A stretch of 64,000 bases of DNA, taken from contig NC_043001.1 in NCBI RefSeq assembly GCF_006345805.1, forward strand, positions 21,328,001 through 21,392,000. Direction: 5' to 3'. The stretch's first letter is position 1. Each line of letters opens with the position of its first letter. Both the position numbers and the translations under genes were made by a program. Under the pieces are notes generated by a model that had not been told where the DNA came from, searched no databases, and saw only the letters and a list, made by a program, of their open reading frames with translations. This DNA is from Octopus sinensis. Taxonomy: Eukaryota. Below are positions 47,925 through 60,345 of the stretch, one piece after another.

Positions 47925-50900
47925 TAAAGAGTGAGAGAGGGGGAGAAATGGAGGGAGGGAAGGACAAATTGGGTAATGTTGTCCCAGATATCTCAGCCTG
48001 CAATAATGGCAAGATGGTCAATGAGAGAATTCTTTTGACTATAAGCTGCTCTATCAGGGTTAATATGGAATTAAGCAATAATGAACTGATGGAGATTTTT
48101 GTCATTTAAATTACATAAAATAACTGATTGCTAAGAATTGTAGAATTTGAGAAATTTAACAGTTAACAGCAGTACCATGTGATAAAAAGTTTACAGCACA
48201 AAAGATGGAATGAAGAAGGAGTAAACCTTTGAACAAAACTTTAAAAATGCTGATACTGGAATCTGACAAGAGCCACATAAAAGTGAAGACAAATATAAAC
48301 TACAATGTCACCATCATTATTTAAAGGCTGGTACCCATGTTGGCATGGGTTGGATGGTTTGACAAGGATCTGACAAGTTGAAGGTTTGCATCATGCTCTG
48401 TCTACTTTAGCATAGTGTCTTTGGCTAGATGCCCTTCCTAACACCAAACACTTCACAAAGTGTACAAAGTGCTTTTTATCCTGGCACCAGCTTTAGTGAA
48501 GATCACCTCATATCTTGCAATGTTAAGAATAGAAGCGAGAATGGGTAATGATTTTAGGTGGAGAAGGATGAGGGAGTGAAAATAGACGAAAGGAATAGTT
48601 GTGACAGAATGTAACAGAGTAAGTAGTAAAGCAATCACTATGTATATAAAGATGTATACCCTACACATGTGTGTGAAATTTAAAGAAATGATCTCTCTAC
48701 CAAATTACTAAGAATCAAAATGTAAAAGATGAAATACATGATTTATATATACATCAGCATCTAGCATGTCATATTTGTGATGAATTAGTTTAAATTATTA
48801 AATACCCATTCATTTACTACTATACATTCACTAAACTTTTTTTTTCATAGATTTTTACATTCTATGTAGATTAGCATTTTACCAGTGCAAAGATGTAATA
48901 TTTTTATATAATATCTTTAAAACTGTATTCAGCATTACAATTACAATTCATGAAGTCTTTCTTAAGCTGTATTATTTCACACACTGGCAACAATATCATT
49001 ATTCTGGAATATTACAAATATACCAAAAAACAAAAGGTTCTATTGCTATTGTGATATAATATAACCAAGTGAAAATTAAACTTTTAAAATGTTTAACAGG
49101 AAAAATTTTCTGAAATTACAAATTTGAAAAATTTCTTAAAGAAATGATGAAGATTGAAGAAAAATCAGAATAAACGCTATAACTAAATTACATAGGATGT
49201 AAATATTCAAGAAATACTTACAGGAAAATTCTTCAAAGTTTCATTTTTATTTTTCACAACACTGTTCTCCTGAAAGATACAAGAGACAAAGCAAGAAACC
49301 TACAGAACTAATTCGGTGTTGCATATGATATCAGAAGGAGGTCCCTCTTTATATGCAAGACTATGAAACTATTCATGGTTAATTAATAAAATTACTTTAC
49401 ACTGTCAGTCAATGTTACTTGATTGAAGTCAATACTTTTACCTGAGTTTTTACATAAAAGTTAGTTTAAATCATTATTATCAAACAATTTTGGTAAACAT
49501 TGTCATTAAACATGAACATAATTAGCATCAACACATCCTAGAAGTAATATTTTGATAAGAAAGACATTTCTAAAAACAGAAAGGCTTTTTTGATAAGTAG
49601 AATGAATAACCTCTACTTTTGACATTAAAGGAGGAAAGGTTAAGCTGGATCTAAGTGCAACATATATGATGCCCTGAGGTACACTAGAAGCTGCTTATTA
49701 TGATCACTTCAAGATAGACTCTTTTAAGTAATAACAGATAGATAACATTAAGCAGAGGATATAGCAGCATAATATCCTGAGTGTTTTTAGGATCCATTCA
49801 TTTTGATAACAATAACCATTTGATAATGTTATCTGTAATTATAATTAGTGGTGAATTGACAGAGTCATTAGAGAGTCATATAGAATGACTCATAATATTT
49901 GTTCTGAATCTGTGTGCTTTGAGTTAAGATGCTGCCAAGATCAACTTTATCTTCCATTCTTTCAGGATCAAAAAAAAAAAAAAAATATCAATTCAGGGTG
50001 GTGGATTGGGGGAATAGTAAGCGGGTCAGGCAAGATACTTTGTGGTATCTGTTTTGGATTTTTATATTCTAACAGAAATGCCTGCCATGACTGTAGTGTC
50101 ACACTGTATTGGATCAAGTTGATGACCTTTCCCTTGAATAAACATTGGTGACATGTAGAGGAGACATGCATACATCGGCAACCACAAGTCATCCTCAAAA
50201 ATCTTGCCTGAGCTGCACATACATGTACAGATGCATGGTCAACATAAACTGGTGGAGTCCTTACTCAGCAGTTTGATAACATTATTCTTTTCTATGCTAG
50301 GCACAAGGCCTGAAATTTTGGGGGAGCGGGCCAGTTGATTAGATCGACCACAGTATGCAACTGGTACTTAATTTATCGACCCTGAAAGAATGAAAGGCGA
50401 AGTCGACCTCGGCGGAATTTGAACTCAGAATGTAAAGACAGACGAAATACCTATTTTTTTACTACCCACAAGGGGCTAAACACAGAAAAGACAAACAAGG
50501 ACAGACAAACGGATTAAGTCGATTATATCGACCCCAGTGCGTAACTGGTACTTATTTAATCAACTCCAAAAGGATGAAAGGCAAAGTCGACCTCGGCAGA
50601 ATTTGAACTCAGAACGTGAAGACAGACGAAATACCGCTAAGCATTTCACCCGGCGTGCTAACGTCTCTGCCATATAACATTATCACTGATTATAATAAAT
50701 GGCTTCAACTATAATATGAAAATTTTCTTTTATTTCTCCACTGTTTGCAAATCACTTTTAAAAATTGTAAGTTATCAAATACTCAATGATAATAGTTACG
50801 AAAAAGATATTAAAATAAATACCTTACACAGAAAACTTTAAAAGAAAGAAAAATGAAAGAGAAAAAAATTAGCATAAATGACTAATGAGAAGATGGAATG

Positions 50901-52644
50901 GTTTTTACACAATAATATATTATTATGACATTTTTTCTTGGTTGAACTTGTTTTTCTATAATATCATCATCCTGTGCTGCACCAGAAATGTTTCCTAGGG
51001 GTCATTAGGATTAAAGCTCCTTTGAATAACCAGAGATTTAGAGACGTCCTAATTGAAGCATTTGACAAGGAGAAGATAGAGACATTTAACACAGAGGTCA
51101 ACATCAGGCACCCTAACCCAGGTGACCCAGTAGGGATTGATCAAACCCTAGCTTGTGTCAAGTTAGCACTACCCCTTCTAGGGCTCACACCATCTAATCC
51201 ACAGCCACTTTGAGAGGTAACCTCCACTGCTTCCACATCCAGCCTGATGACCTTTTGCCAACTGGGCCCCTATGGTGCCAAGCATGTTCTAAGCTCTGCA
51301 GAAGGGATTGGCCTGCAAACTCACTGCATCCTGTCTCAATAGGATTGTATCCCACTACCTGTTACCCATTGCTCAAGATTGGAAACTTGATATAATAGAA
51401 ACCATAAATATGGCTGAATCTTTGACTAAAGATATATTTGCAGATGGAGATGAATAAAGCAGGTGCCAAGAGCACCATCCGAGCGTGATCGTTGCCAGAG
51501 CAGCCAACTGGCTTCCGTGCCAGTGGCACGTAAAAGGGCACCATTCGAGCGTGATTGTTACCAACGTCGCTGGACTGGCACCTGTGCTGGTGGCATGTGT
51601 AAAAAGATTCGAGCGAGGTCGTTGCCAGTACCGCCTGACTGGCCTCCATGCCGGTGGCACATAAAAAGCATCCACTACACTCTTGGAGTGGTTGGCGTTA
51701 GGAAGGGCATCCAGCTGTAGAAACTCTGCCAGATCAAGATTGGAGCCTGGTGCAGCCATCTGGTTTGCCAGCCCTCAGTCAAAATCGTCCAACCCATGCT
51801 AGCATGGAAAGCGGACGTTGAACGATGATGATGATGATGATGAACATGAGAAAGTATGCAAGATGATGCATTGTGAGATAATGGCCAATAAGAGGTGAGA
51901 AACAGAGCTAAAGAAGGGAAAGAGAAGTAGAACAGGTTGATGTTACCTGAGAAAACTCAACAAAGAACAAAGAAAATTGATGACAGACATAAAATGATGA
52001 GACACATTATTAAAGAGTACCACTTACATAGCATTCACAGAGAAATGATGTATATAAAATGATAAACTATTGGAATGTCAGATAAATTCATTGGGTTTCT
52101 TTTGCCCATTTATTTTAATCCTTATTGTTCAGCAACAATTTTAACAGATCAATTAATGATACATTCTCCTTTGTTCACGACTTCTTGCAAACAGTCCACA
52201 AGCTTATCAATGGCTTAACGGGAGAAATCACCAGATTTAGGTTCAAACAATTTATTAAGCCATGGAAGGAAATAAAATCAATTTATCTGACAATCCAATA
52301 ACTGAATGTAAATAATGAGTACACGTATTATACATACATATAAACATACATTTGAGTCAATGAGAAGACATTTATATAAATATCTGACGATGGTGGACAA
52401 ACATATACACTTAAATAAACAAGAATGAAATTACTCTTTACTCTTTTACTAGTTTCAGTCATTGGACTGTGGCCATGCTGGAGCATTGCCTTTAATCGAG
52501 CAACTCGACCCCAGGACTTATTCTTTTGTAAGCCCAGTACTTATTCTATCGGTCTCTTTTGCCGAACCGCTAAGTTACGGGGGACATAAACACACCAGCA
52601 TCGGTTGTCAAGCAATGCTAGGGGGACAAACACAGACACACAAA

Positions 52645-52679
<35 letters not shown>

Positions 52680-53801
52680 GACGGGCTTCTTTCAGTTTCC
52701 GTCTACCAAATCCACTCACAAGGCTTTGGTCGGCCCAAGGCTATAGTAGAAGACACTTGCCCAAGGTGCCACGCAGTGGGACTGAACCCGGAACCATGTG
52801 GTTGGTAAACAAGCTACTTACCACACAGGATTATCTCTAGTAGTTTTAAACAGTGAGATGAACCAGGTTTGGCTTGGAAATGTTGAGAATTATTGTTAGT
52901 TTAAATATATAATCTCAGAATATCATCAATCCTTAACCTAGTCTGTTCTGCGCTGTTCACCACACCAATTCACTCAGGTCCCTATGTCCACAATCTCTGG
53001 TTTCTTGCAACAGTTTTTGTAGCACTCTGAGTAACTGTGAAGAGATTGTTAGACCCTTACAGAGCCCTATCACAGTGGTGTGTAAGAGGGTGGGAGAGTA
53101 TAATGTGTTTACTTGTATTTAAAGCTCATATACTAGTAATAAGAGCGAGCTAGTAAATTTAGTCTTGATGTGGACCAAGAAGGCAACTGAGATTTTTAAA
53201 AACCAGTTCAATAGTAATATAATTATTATATGAGTTGCAGTCATTTAATCAAAGGTCTGTCATAAACTTCAATCTGACAAATGTAAGATCCAACAAATAT
53301 TTATTCATACTTTGTAGTATGAAAAAAACAAAAAAAAAAAAATGAAAGAAAAGTTAAAGATGTGTGTGTGTGTATGTGTATATATATATATATATATATA
53401 CTCTTTTACTTGTTTCAGTCATTTGACTGTGGCCATGCTGAAGCACCGCCTTTAGTCGAGCAAATTGACCCAGGACTTAGTCTTTGTAAGCCTAGTACTT
53501 ACTTTATCGGTCTCTTTTGCTGAACCGCTAAGTCACGGGGACGTAAACACACCAGCATTGGTTGTCAAGCGATGTTGGGTGGACAAACACAGACACATAA
53601 ACACAAACATATACACACACACACAGAGCATATCTATAAGAAATGGTAACTCTGGGCAAATACCACAGTAAATTTGCGTATACATTAAGTATGATACAGA
53701 GATGGCTATTTTAATTCAATCCTGCTTCTATTCTGTGACAAATTAAGATAAAACAATGCATAAGATAAAGAAAAACACTCATGGAATATATCTATACTAA
53801 C

Positions 53802-53977
53802 AACTTTGCCGGGTGCAGGTTTCTTCTCTTTCTTGTCTTGCCAGTTATTCAATGTTTGTATTTCTTTTTGTAGCAGCTGTAGTCTTTTGCCTGCAGAAGC
53901 AAGCAGTGTTTCCAATTCTGTTTGTAAGCGGTCAATTTCATCTCCTCCAATGCCTTCTTCTTGAGTTCGTGATAAGA
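53802..53977 (-). CDS. TADA3: TADA3 coding exon 2 (VLSRTQEEGIGGDEIDRLQTELETLLASAGKRLQLLQKEIQTLNNWQDKKEKKPAPGKV)
   Basis: Lies inside track ORF 53706..54020. Matches the TADA3 motif GIG.EE.D.LQ.ELETLL.SA..R...L..E...L..WQDKK. Acceptor cttcttccttcag, donor gttagt; phase 1 in, phase 0 out. Confidence 0.95.
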
Positions 53978-56900
53978 CTGAAGGAAGAAGACAAGAACAG
54001 CAATAACAACACAACCACACAACTCTCCTACTACAAGTAAGAGGTCTCTTTACCTCCTACTGAAAGTAATTAATACAGAAGATATGTAAGGTGAACAAAT
54101 AAAGAAACTAATGTTGTAGTCTCCAATGGGTTTAGGTGCAAGGACTGCATACTGGAGCTTCAAGATATGGCGGCCCAATTTTCTTTGTATTATTGAAGAG
54201 AGAAACCACTCTTGTGAGCCATGGTGCCCTTTTGCCAAGGCCTTCTTGGCTGTCGAAGGTAGAAGTAGGTTATCCTAAAACTATGAGGGGACAAACAAAG
54301 GGATTAAGTCGATTACATCGACCTCAGTGCATAGCTGGTACTTAATTTATCGACCCCAAAAGGATGAAAAGCAGAGTCGACCTTGGTGGAATTTGAACTC
54401 AGAACGTAAAGACAGACGAAATACCGCTAAGCATTTTGCTTGGCGTGCTAACGTTTCTGCCAGCTCACCACCTTAATATTCTGCTGTATTCTGAAAAAGA
54501 ATATAACTATACCGCAAGAGAAAAAGGGTCGCAGAGCACTGCAATAGACTGACTGCTTCTGGCTTCATTTCTTCCACCCTTAAGGTAAGACACAACTATT
54601 CATACTTCTTTGTGAGATCGTGAACAGAGCAGTTGATCCAGTTCCTGAGTTTGTATAACAGTTACTGTAACTGAACATGCTTACGAAGGGAGATAATCTA
54701 TCTCACTATTCTCATTATTCTTCTTTACAATCAGTTTGGAAGTGTGAGTGCAACAACCTTTATCGTAGCAACAGTAGAGGATCACAGCTACATATGAGGC
54801 TGCCAGTGTATGGCTAAGTTGCTCTTTCATCACATTATGAATTAGTTGGCAACATCCTTTGGAATCTCAAATCTAATAATGCCAATTTTCCAAGTTATAA
54901 TACATCAAGACAGATCATTTGGAGTAACTGATTGAACATATCTTAAATGAAGACAGCAATGGGGTTTATAATTTTTACAAGGAATCAACTTTTGACCATG
55001 GATCTTGAAAATATTCCAAATTCATAAACTAAAGATAAATCATATAACTTGATGTCATCATCATCATCATTTAACATCCGCTTTCCATGCTAGCATGGGT
55101 TGGACGATTTGACTGAGGTCTGGTGAACCAGACTCCAATCTGATCTGGCAGAGTTTCTACAGCTGGATGCCCTTCCTAATGCCAACCACTCCGAGAGTGT
55201 AGTGGGTGCTTTTTTGTGCCACCTGCACAGGAGCCAGTCCAGTGGCACTGGCGACGACCTCACTCCAATGTTTCATGTGCCACCAGCACAAGTGCTAGTA
55301 AGATGTAATATTAAATATATGTAATTTTTTTATTTGTTCATAAGCAATTCTGTTTTTCTAAATGCAGTTTAGTTTAATATCAGGAAGTAGAATGACTGAT
55401 GCAATTACAACAGAACAAACAGGGGCATACGAAAGAAATTATTCATTTTTGGCTTGTTGCTCTGAAGAAAGCTTTTGATAGATGCACTTGAAGTAGTGAT
55501 ATAGTTACTAAGAAATTTAGGAGTAAAGGAAAAGTTGGTCAGAGTAGTGACATGACAAATGTATGAGTAGACAGTGGTAAGGATGAGAGTGGGTAACAAT
55601 GATGAATTTGAAGTAAAGGTAGGATTGTATAAGGGGTCAGTGTTAAACCCCAAATATTTGTATATGCCATGGAGGAGTAGGCACAAAGGTCTTTATTATG
55701 GGAGTTGTTGTAGACAGGTGATATAGTATTGACAATAGAGAGAATGGATGGCTCAAAGGAGAAGAATGGATGGAGGTAAATGTCATGAAGGTGAATACTG
55801 TAAAGACAACAGCAACGGCAAATGAAAAAGTATGTACTTAAGTGGAAATAAACCAGGAAGTGGCTGTGAGTAGAGTGGAATGAATTCCATTAAATGTGTT
55901 AAGAATTCGTTATTAACCAGTTTTCAAAACCCTCATTACTACACTATATTGCTGTCCAGTTGAATCATCCCTTCCAATCCTATCAAGTAAAACCTTCAAC
56001 TTTTCTGTATATTTTAGTAAGATTCCAGTTAGCTTTTTAGTGATACCAATTAAAAAATATTGTCCAGACATTACTATTAGATAAGCTTCTCTGTTTGGTG
56101 TTTTAGAACCTGACCTTTAAGCCAAGTATTGAGAAGACGACCCATCAAGTCAAGTAAAATCGCAGTCGTGGCAGATACTGGTGTCACACAAATGGGACAT
56201 GTGCCAGTGGCATGTAAAAACACCCATTATACTCTTAGAGTGGTTGGCTTTACGAAGGGCATCCAGCCATAGAAAGCATGCCAAATCAGATTGGAGTTTG
56301 GTGCAACCTTCCAGCTTGCCAGCCCTGGTCAAATCGTCTAACCCATGCCAGCTTGGACAATAGATGTTAAATGATGATGATGATGATGATGTGTAATATG
56401 CACTGGGTTGGGTCATCAGAAAAGCAATAGAGTGGAAGAGTTATTAATCAATGTGCATAATGGGAGCTACAAATGGAGGAAATAGTATGAAGATGGAAGG
56501 TACTTCAATGATATGATGACTAGAGTAGCAGGTGGATCAGACCCATTGCTGGTAGCCAGAGCGAGATGTACTTGGAAGTTCAGGGAAATGAGTGATGTGG
56601 ATGAGGTGAGAGCTACTGAAACTGAATGGAATGGTGGTTGCTGTCATCAGCATCATCATCGTTTAACATCCATTTTCCATGCTAGCATGGGTTGGACAGT
56701 TTGACTGGGGTCTGGGAAGCCAGGAGGCTGCACCAGGCTCCAGTCTGATCTGGCAGTGTTTCTACAGCTGGATGCCCTTCCTAACGCCAACCACTCCGTG
56801 AGTGTAGTGGGTGCTTTTTACGTGCCACCGGCACAGGTGCCAGAGAAGGCTGGAAACGGCCACGATCAGTTGGTGCTTATTACGTGCCACCGGCACGGAA

Positions 56901-57560
56901 GCCAGTTAAGGCGGCACTTGCATCAGCCACGTTTGGATGGTGCTTTTTACGTGCCACAACTACTGTATGTGTAAGAAATAGTATGATTTATGGGTGATAA
57001 GTACAGAGTAGCAGAAAAGACTGGAAAGAATAGTTCAGTGGATGGAGAGAGAGAGAGAGAGGGAATGAATTGCAGAGGTGGGTGTTATAAAGAGGAATGA
57101 GATAAGATGGTGGGGTTATGTAGTGAGGAGAGATCAAATGATCAGGTAAAAGGGATGATGAAAATGAATACTGAAGGAAATAAAGTAAGGGAAAGAAAGA
57201 AAAACGAGGGCAAAGTGGTTGGTAGGGTGAAGCTGTGGTGGAAAGGGCAAAATGGATATTCGTTATGGGGCTCCCAAGGCTAACCTCTGCTTCTGCAGGG
57301 GAAGTAGTCTTAAAACACTTGTGTTCTGTATCAAATGTTATTATGCTACCATTGTTTTAAGACACCGCTTCATTTTCTCTTCCTTTTATGTATATTTGGA
57401 TATAAAGGTTTGACCATCACCAGGTTGCTAGAGTTGCTATTATGGATTATCTGCTTAGTACAGAATATAAACAGATTTCACAATTGGAGTTATGACAAAC
57501 ATTAATGGAATTTACATTATTTACATTCGATGGATATTTGTCCTCATCTTGTTTGTTGTT

Positions 57561-57606
57561 AACACAACGTTTCGGCTGACATACCCTCCAGCCATCTTCA
57601 GGTGTC
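57561..57606 (-). ncRNA. Minimal type I hammerhead motif in a Penelope-like fragment (TADA3 intron, sense strand)
   Basis: GACAC / CUGAAGA-U / GGCUG..CAGCC / GAAAC-GUU / GUGUU. 5-bp helix I, 5-bp helix II, loop-less palindromic helix III (ACGU). Confidence 0.6.
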
Positions 57607-58447
57607 TTGGAAAAATTTCAAACCAGGGTTCTCATTCCTAAGGTATTTTTCGATGTTGTTGTTATTATTATTATTATTATTATCTTTTCTGTATTTTCCC
57701 TGGAGTTTTAATATGTCATTTTAATATTTTTACCAAATGCTTTACGATTTTAAACATAAATTCAATGTGTTATATATGCAACACTGAGTCTCTTATGATG
57801 TTTATATCATCATCATCATCATTTTGCATCCGCTTTCCATGCTAGCATGGGTTGGACAGTTCAACTGGGGTCTGTGAAGCCAGAAGGCTGCATCAGGCTC
57901 AGTCTGATCTGACAATGTTTCTACGTCTGGATGCCCTTCCTAACGCCAACCACTCCATGAGTGTAGTGGGTGCTTTTTACGTGCCACCCGCACAGGTGCC
58001 GGACGGAGCTGGCAAACGGCCACGGACGGATGGTGCTTTTTACGTGCCACCGGCACAAACGTTGGACTTTATATCTGTTCTGTAGATATAAATGAATATG
58101 AATATATGTATGTGTTTGATCTTTCTGTGGATTTGGTAATGTTCCTTTAGCTGCTGCTCAAATTGCCTCCCCTCGGATTAATAATTATTATTATTATTGT
58201 TGTAAAATATGTATTGTTGAATATAGAACTGTATGAATGGAATTTACTTGTAAAGCAGTTTTAAGAAACAGCTACTCATTAATCTGCTTGGGATAACCAT
58301 ATCATCCACAGGAAGAAAAGGTAATGAAAATACAATAAAAATAGAATTAACGAAGTAAATGGTCTAAAAAGCTTTGGGGCATATAAGGGCTTATGCATTT
58401 CAACATATTGGATAAACAAGACAGATATATTCAGAAAGAAAACTCAC

Positions 58448-58553
58448 CTGATGAGTAAAGCGGACATGATTTTGTGTGATCAACAGGTTTGAGATCTGGA
58501 AATTGGAGGGGACAATCTTTTGAGTCCCCTATCCCTTTACCTTTTCCCTTCAT
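58448..58553 (-). CDS. TADA3: TADA3 coding exon 1 (MKGKGKGIGDSKDCPLQFPDLKPVDHTKSCPLYSS), ends phase 1
   Basis: Manual translation resembles the metazoan TADA3 N-terminus (KDCPLQF..K.VDH...CP.Y). Acceptor ttgcag 5 nt upstream of the ATG (exon starts 58558); donor G|gtgagt at 58447. Confidence 0.92.
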
Positions 58554-59359
58554 GATGTCTGCAATGAAATAAATACCAGAACAAAAAGATATTTAGTGCT
58601 TCATTTCATTAGTTTTGTTTTTTTGCTCAAATATTATAATGAATAATATAACAATAATAGTGGATTTGGTAGACGGAAAATGAAAGAAGCCCATTGCATA
58701 TATGTACATTATCATTGTGTGTCTGTGTTTGTCCCCCCAACATCACTTCACAACCGATGCTAGTGTGTTTACGTCCCAGTAACTTAGCGTTTCAGCAAAG
58801 CAACTGATAGAATAAGTACTAGGCTTACAAAGAATAAATCCTGGGGTTGATTTGCTCGACTAAAGGTGGTGTTCCAGCATGGCCACAGTCAAATGACTGA
58901 AACAAGTAAAAGAGTAAAAGAGAGAGAGAGTAACCAATACAAAAAGAAAAATTAAGATGGTGAGAATAATTATGTGACAGGATCTGACTAGCCAGAGTGC
59001 TGTGTTGGGTTCCAATGTCTGCTTTGTCCAGTGGTAGAAATCTTGCCAAAGCAGACACTGGAATGCAATGCAGCTCTCAGAGTAGTTAGATTCTGTTGTG
59101 TTGAACAGCCTAATCCATGCCAGCATGCAATACAGATATGAAATGATGATGATGATGATGATGATGACTAATTAAAATTTTTCAATATAAATGTTGTCAT
59201 CTCTATCATACATAAGACAAAACTAACTCAATTCAGTGGACAAATATTCTAGCTACCTGGCTTATTTGATTACTATTTCATAAAGATTTAAATATTGTGA
59301 CACTTATAATTATGCACACACACACACACTATAGACACAATCACTATCAGACCTAGGGA

Positions 59360-60345
59360 AGAAGTTTCAGGTGTGGAAGCAAGGTCTAGAATTGAAGGGC
59401 CTTAGAGGTAACCTAGCAAAAACCAGAGTCTTAATAAGGAGGAAAGCAGACAAATCACAAATCCCCTCAGGTAGATGGTCCTGATCGATCTGTAGAAAAT
59501 ACGTAGATAGAAACTCCATAAGATGTACCTGGTGTAAGCTATGGATACATATAAGAGGTGCAGTAATATCAGAGGAAAGTTAACAGGGAAAATAGTCTTT
59601 GTGTGAAAGGTGCACAGGTACAATTAACACTAAAAATGTGCAGAAAATAGATTCCATCGCATGCCATCGGCGAAAACTAGAACTACTTCCATTACCTAGG
59701 TGACCAAGTCAGCAGTAGAGGTGGATGTGCTAAGAGTATAGCTGCTAGAATGAGAATAGGCTGGGCAAAGTTCTGAGAGCTCTTACCTCTGCTGGTAACA
59801 AAGGGCAGGCAGACCATATGATGCCTGTGTGTGAACAGCCATGGTACATAGCAGTGAAACATGGGTTGTGACTGCCAAGGACATGCATAGGTTTGTAAGA
59901 TATGAAGCTTGTATGCTTTGCTGGATGTGTAATGTCAGTGTGCATGCACGACAGAGTGTAAGCATCCTGAAAGAAAAGTTGGGCATAAGAGGCAACAGAT
60001 GTGGTGTGCAAGAGAGGCAGCTGCACTGGTATAGTCATATGATGCATATGAATGAGGACAGCTGTGTGAAGAAGCACTCTAATGGTGGAGGGAACCTGTG
60101 GAAAAGGTAGATCCAGGAAGACATGAGACAAGGTGGTGGAGCACGATCTTCAAATGTTGGGTCTCATGGAGGCAATAAGTAACCAAGATCTTTGGTGATA
60201 TGCTGCACTTAAGAAGACCCGTTAAAAGCACTCTTCAAGCATTAGGTAATATGCTGTGCTTGTGAAGACCTGTCGAGCCAAATGAGATCATAGTCATAGC
60301 CGATGCCAGTGCCATCTGACTGGCATGTAAAAAACACTGTTTGAA
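59360..60345 (+). mobile_element. Third decayed RTE copy
   Basis: Homologous to 21200-22200 (MVHSSETWVVTAKDM, GVQERQLHWY). Confidence 0.8.

Noticed and set aside
50823-50835. Strong pyrimidine tract and branch point followed by an 8- or 13-nt mini-exon
   Set aside because: It has an AAG acceptor and neither length preserves frame. It cannot be distinguished from a T-rich background without RNA data.
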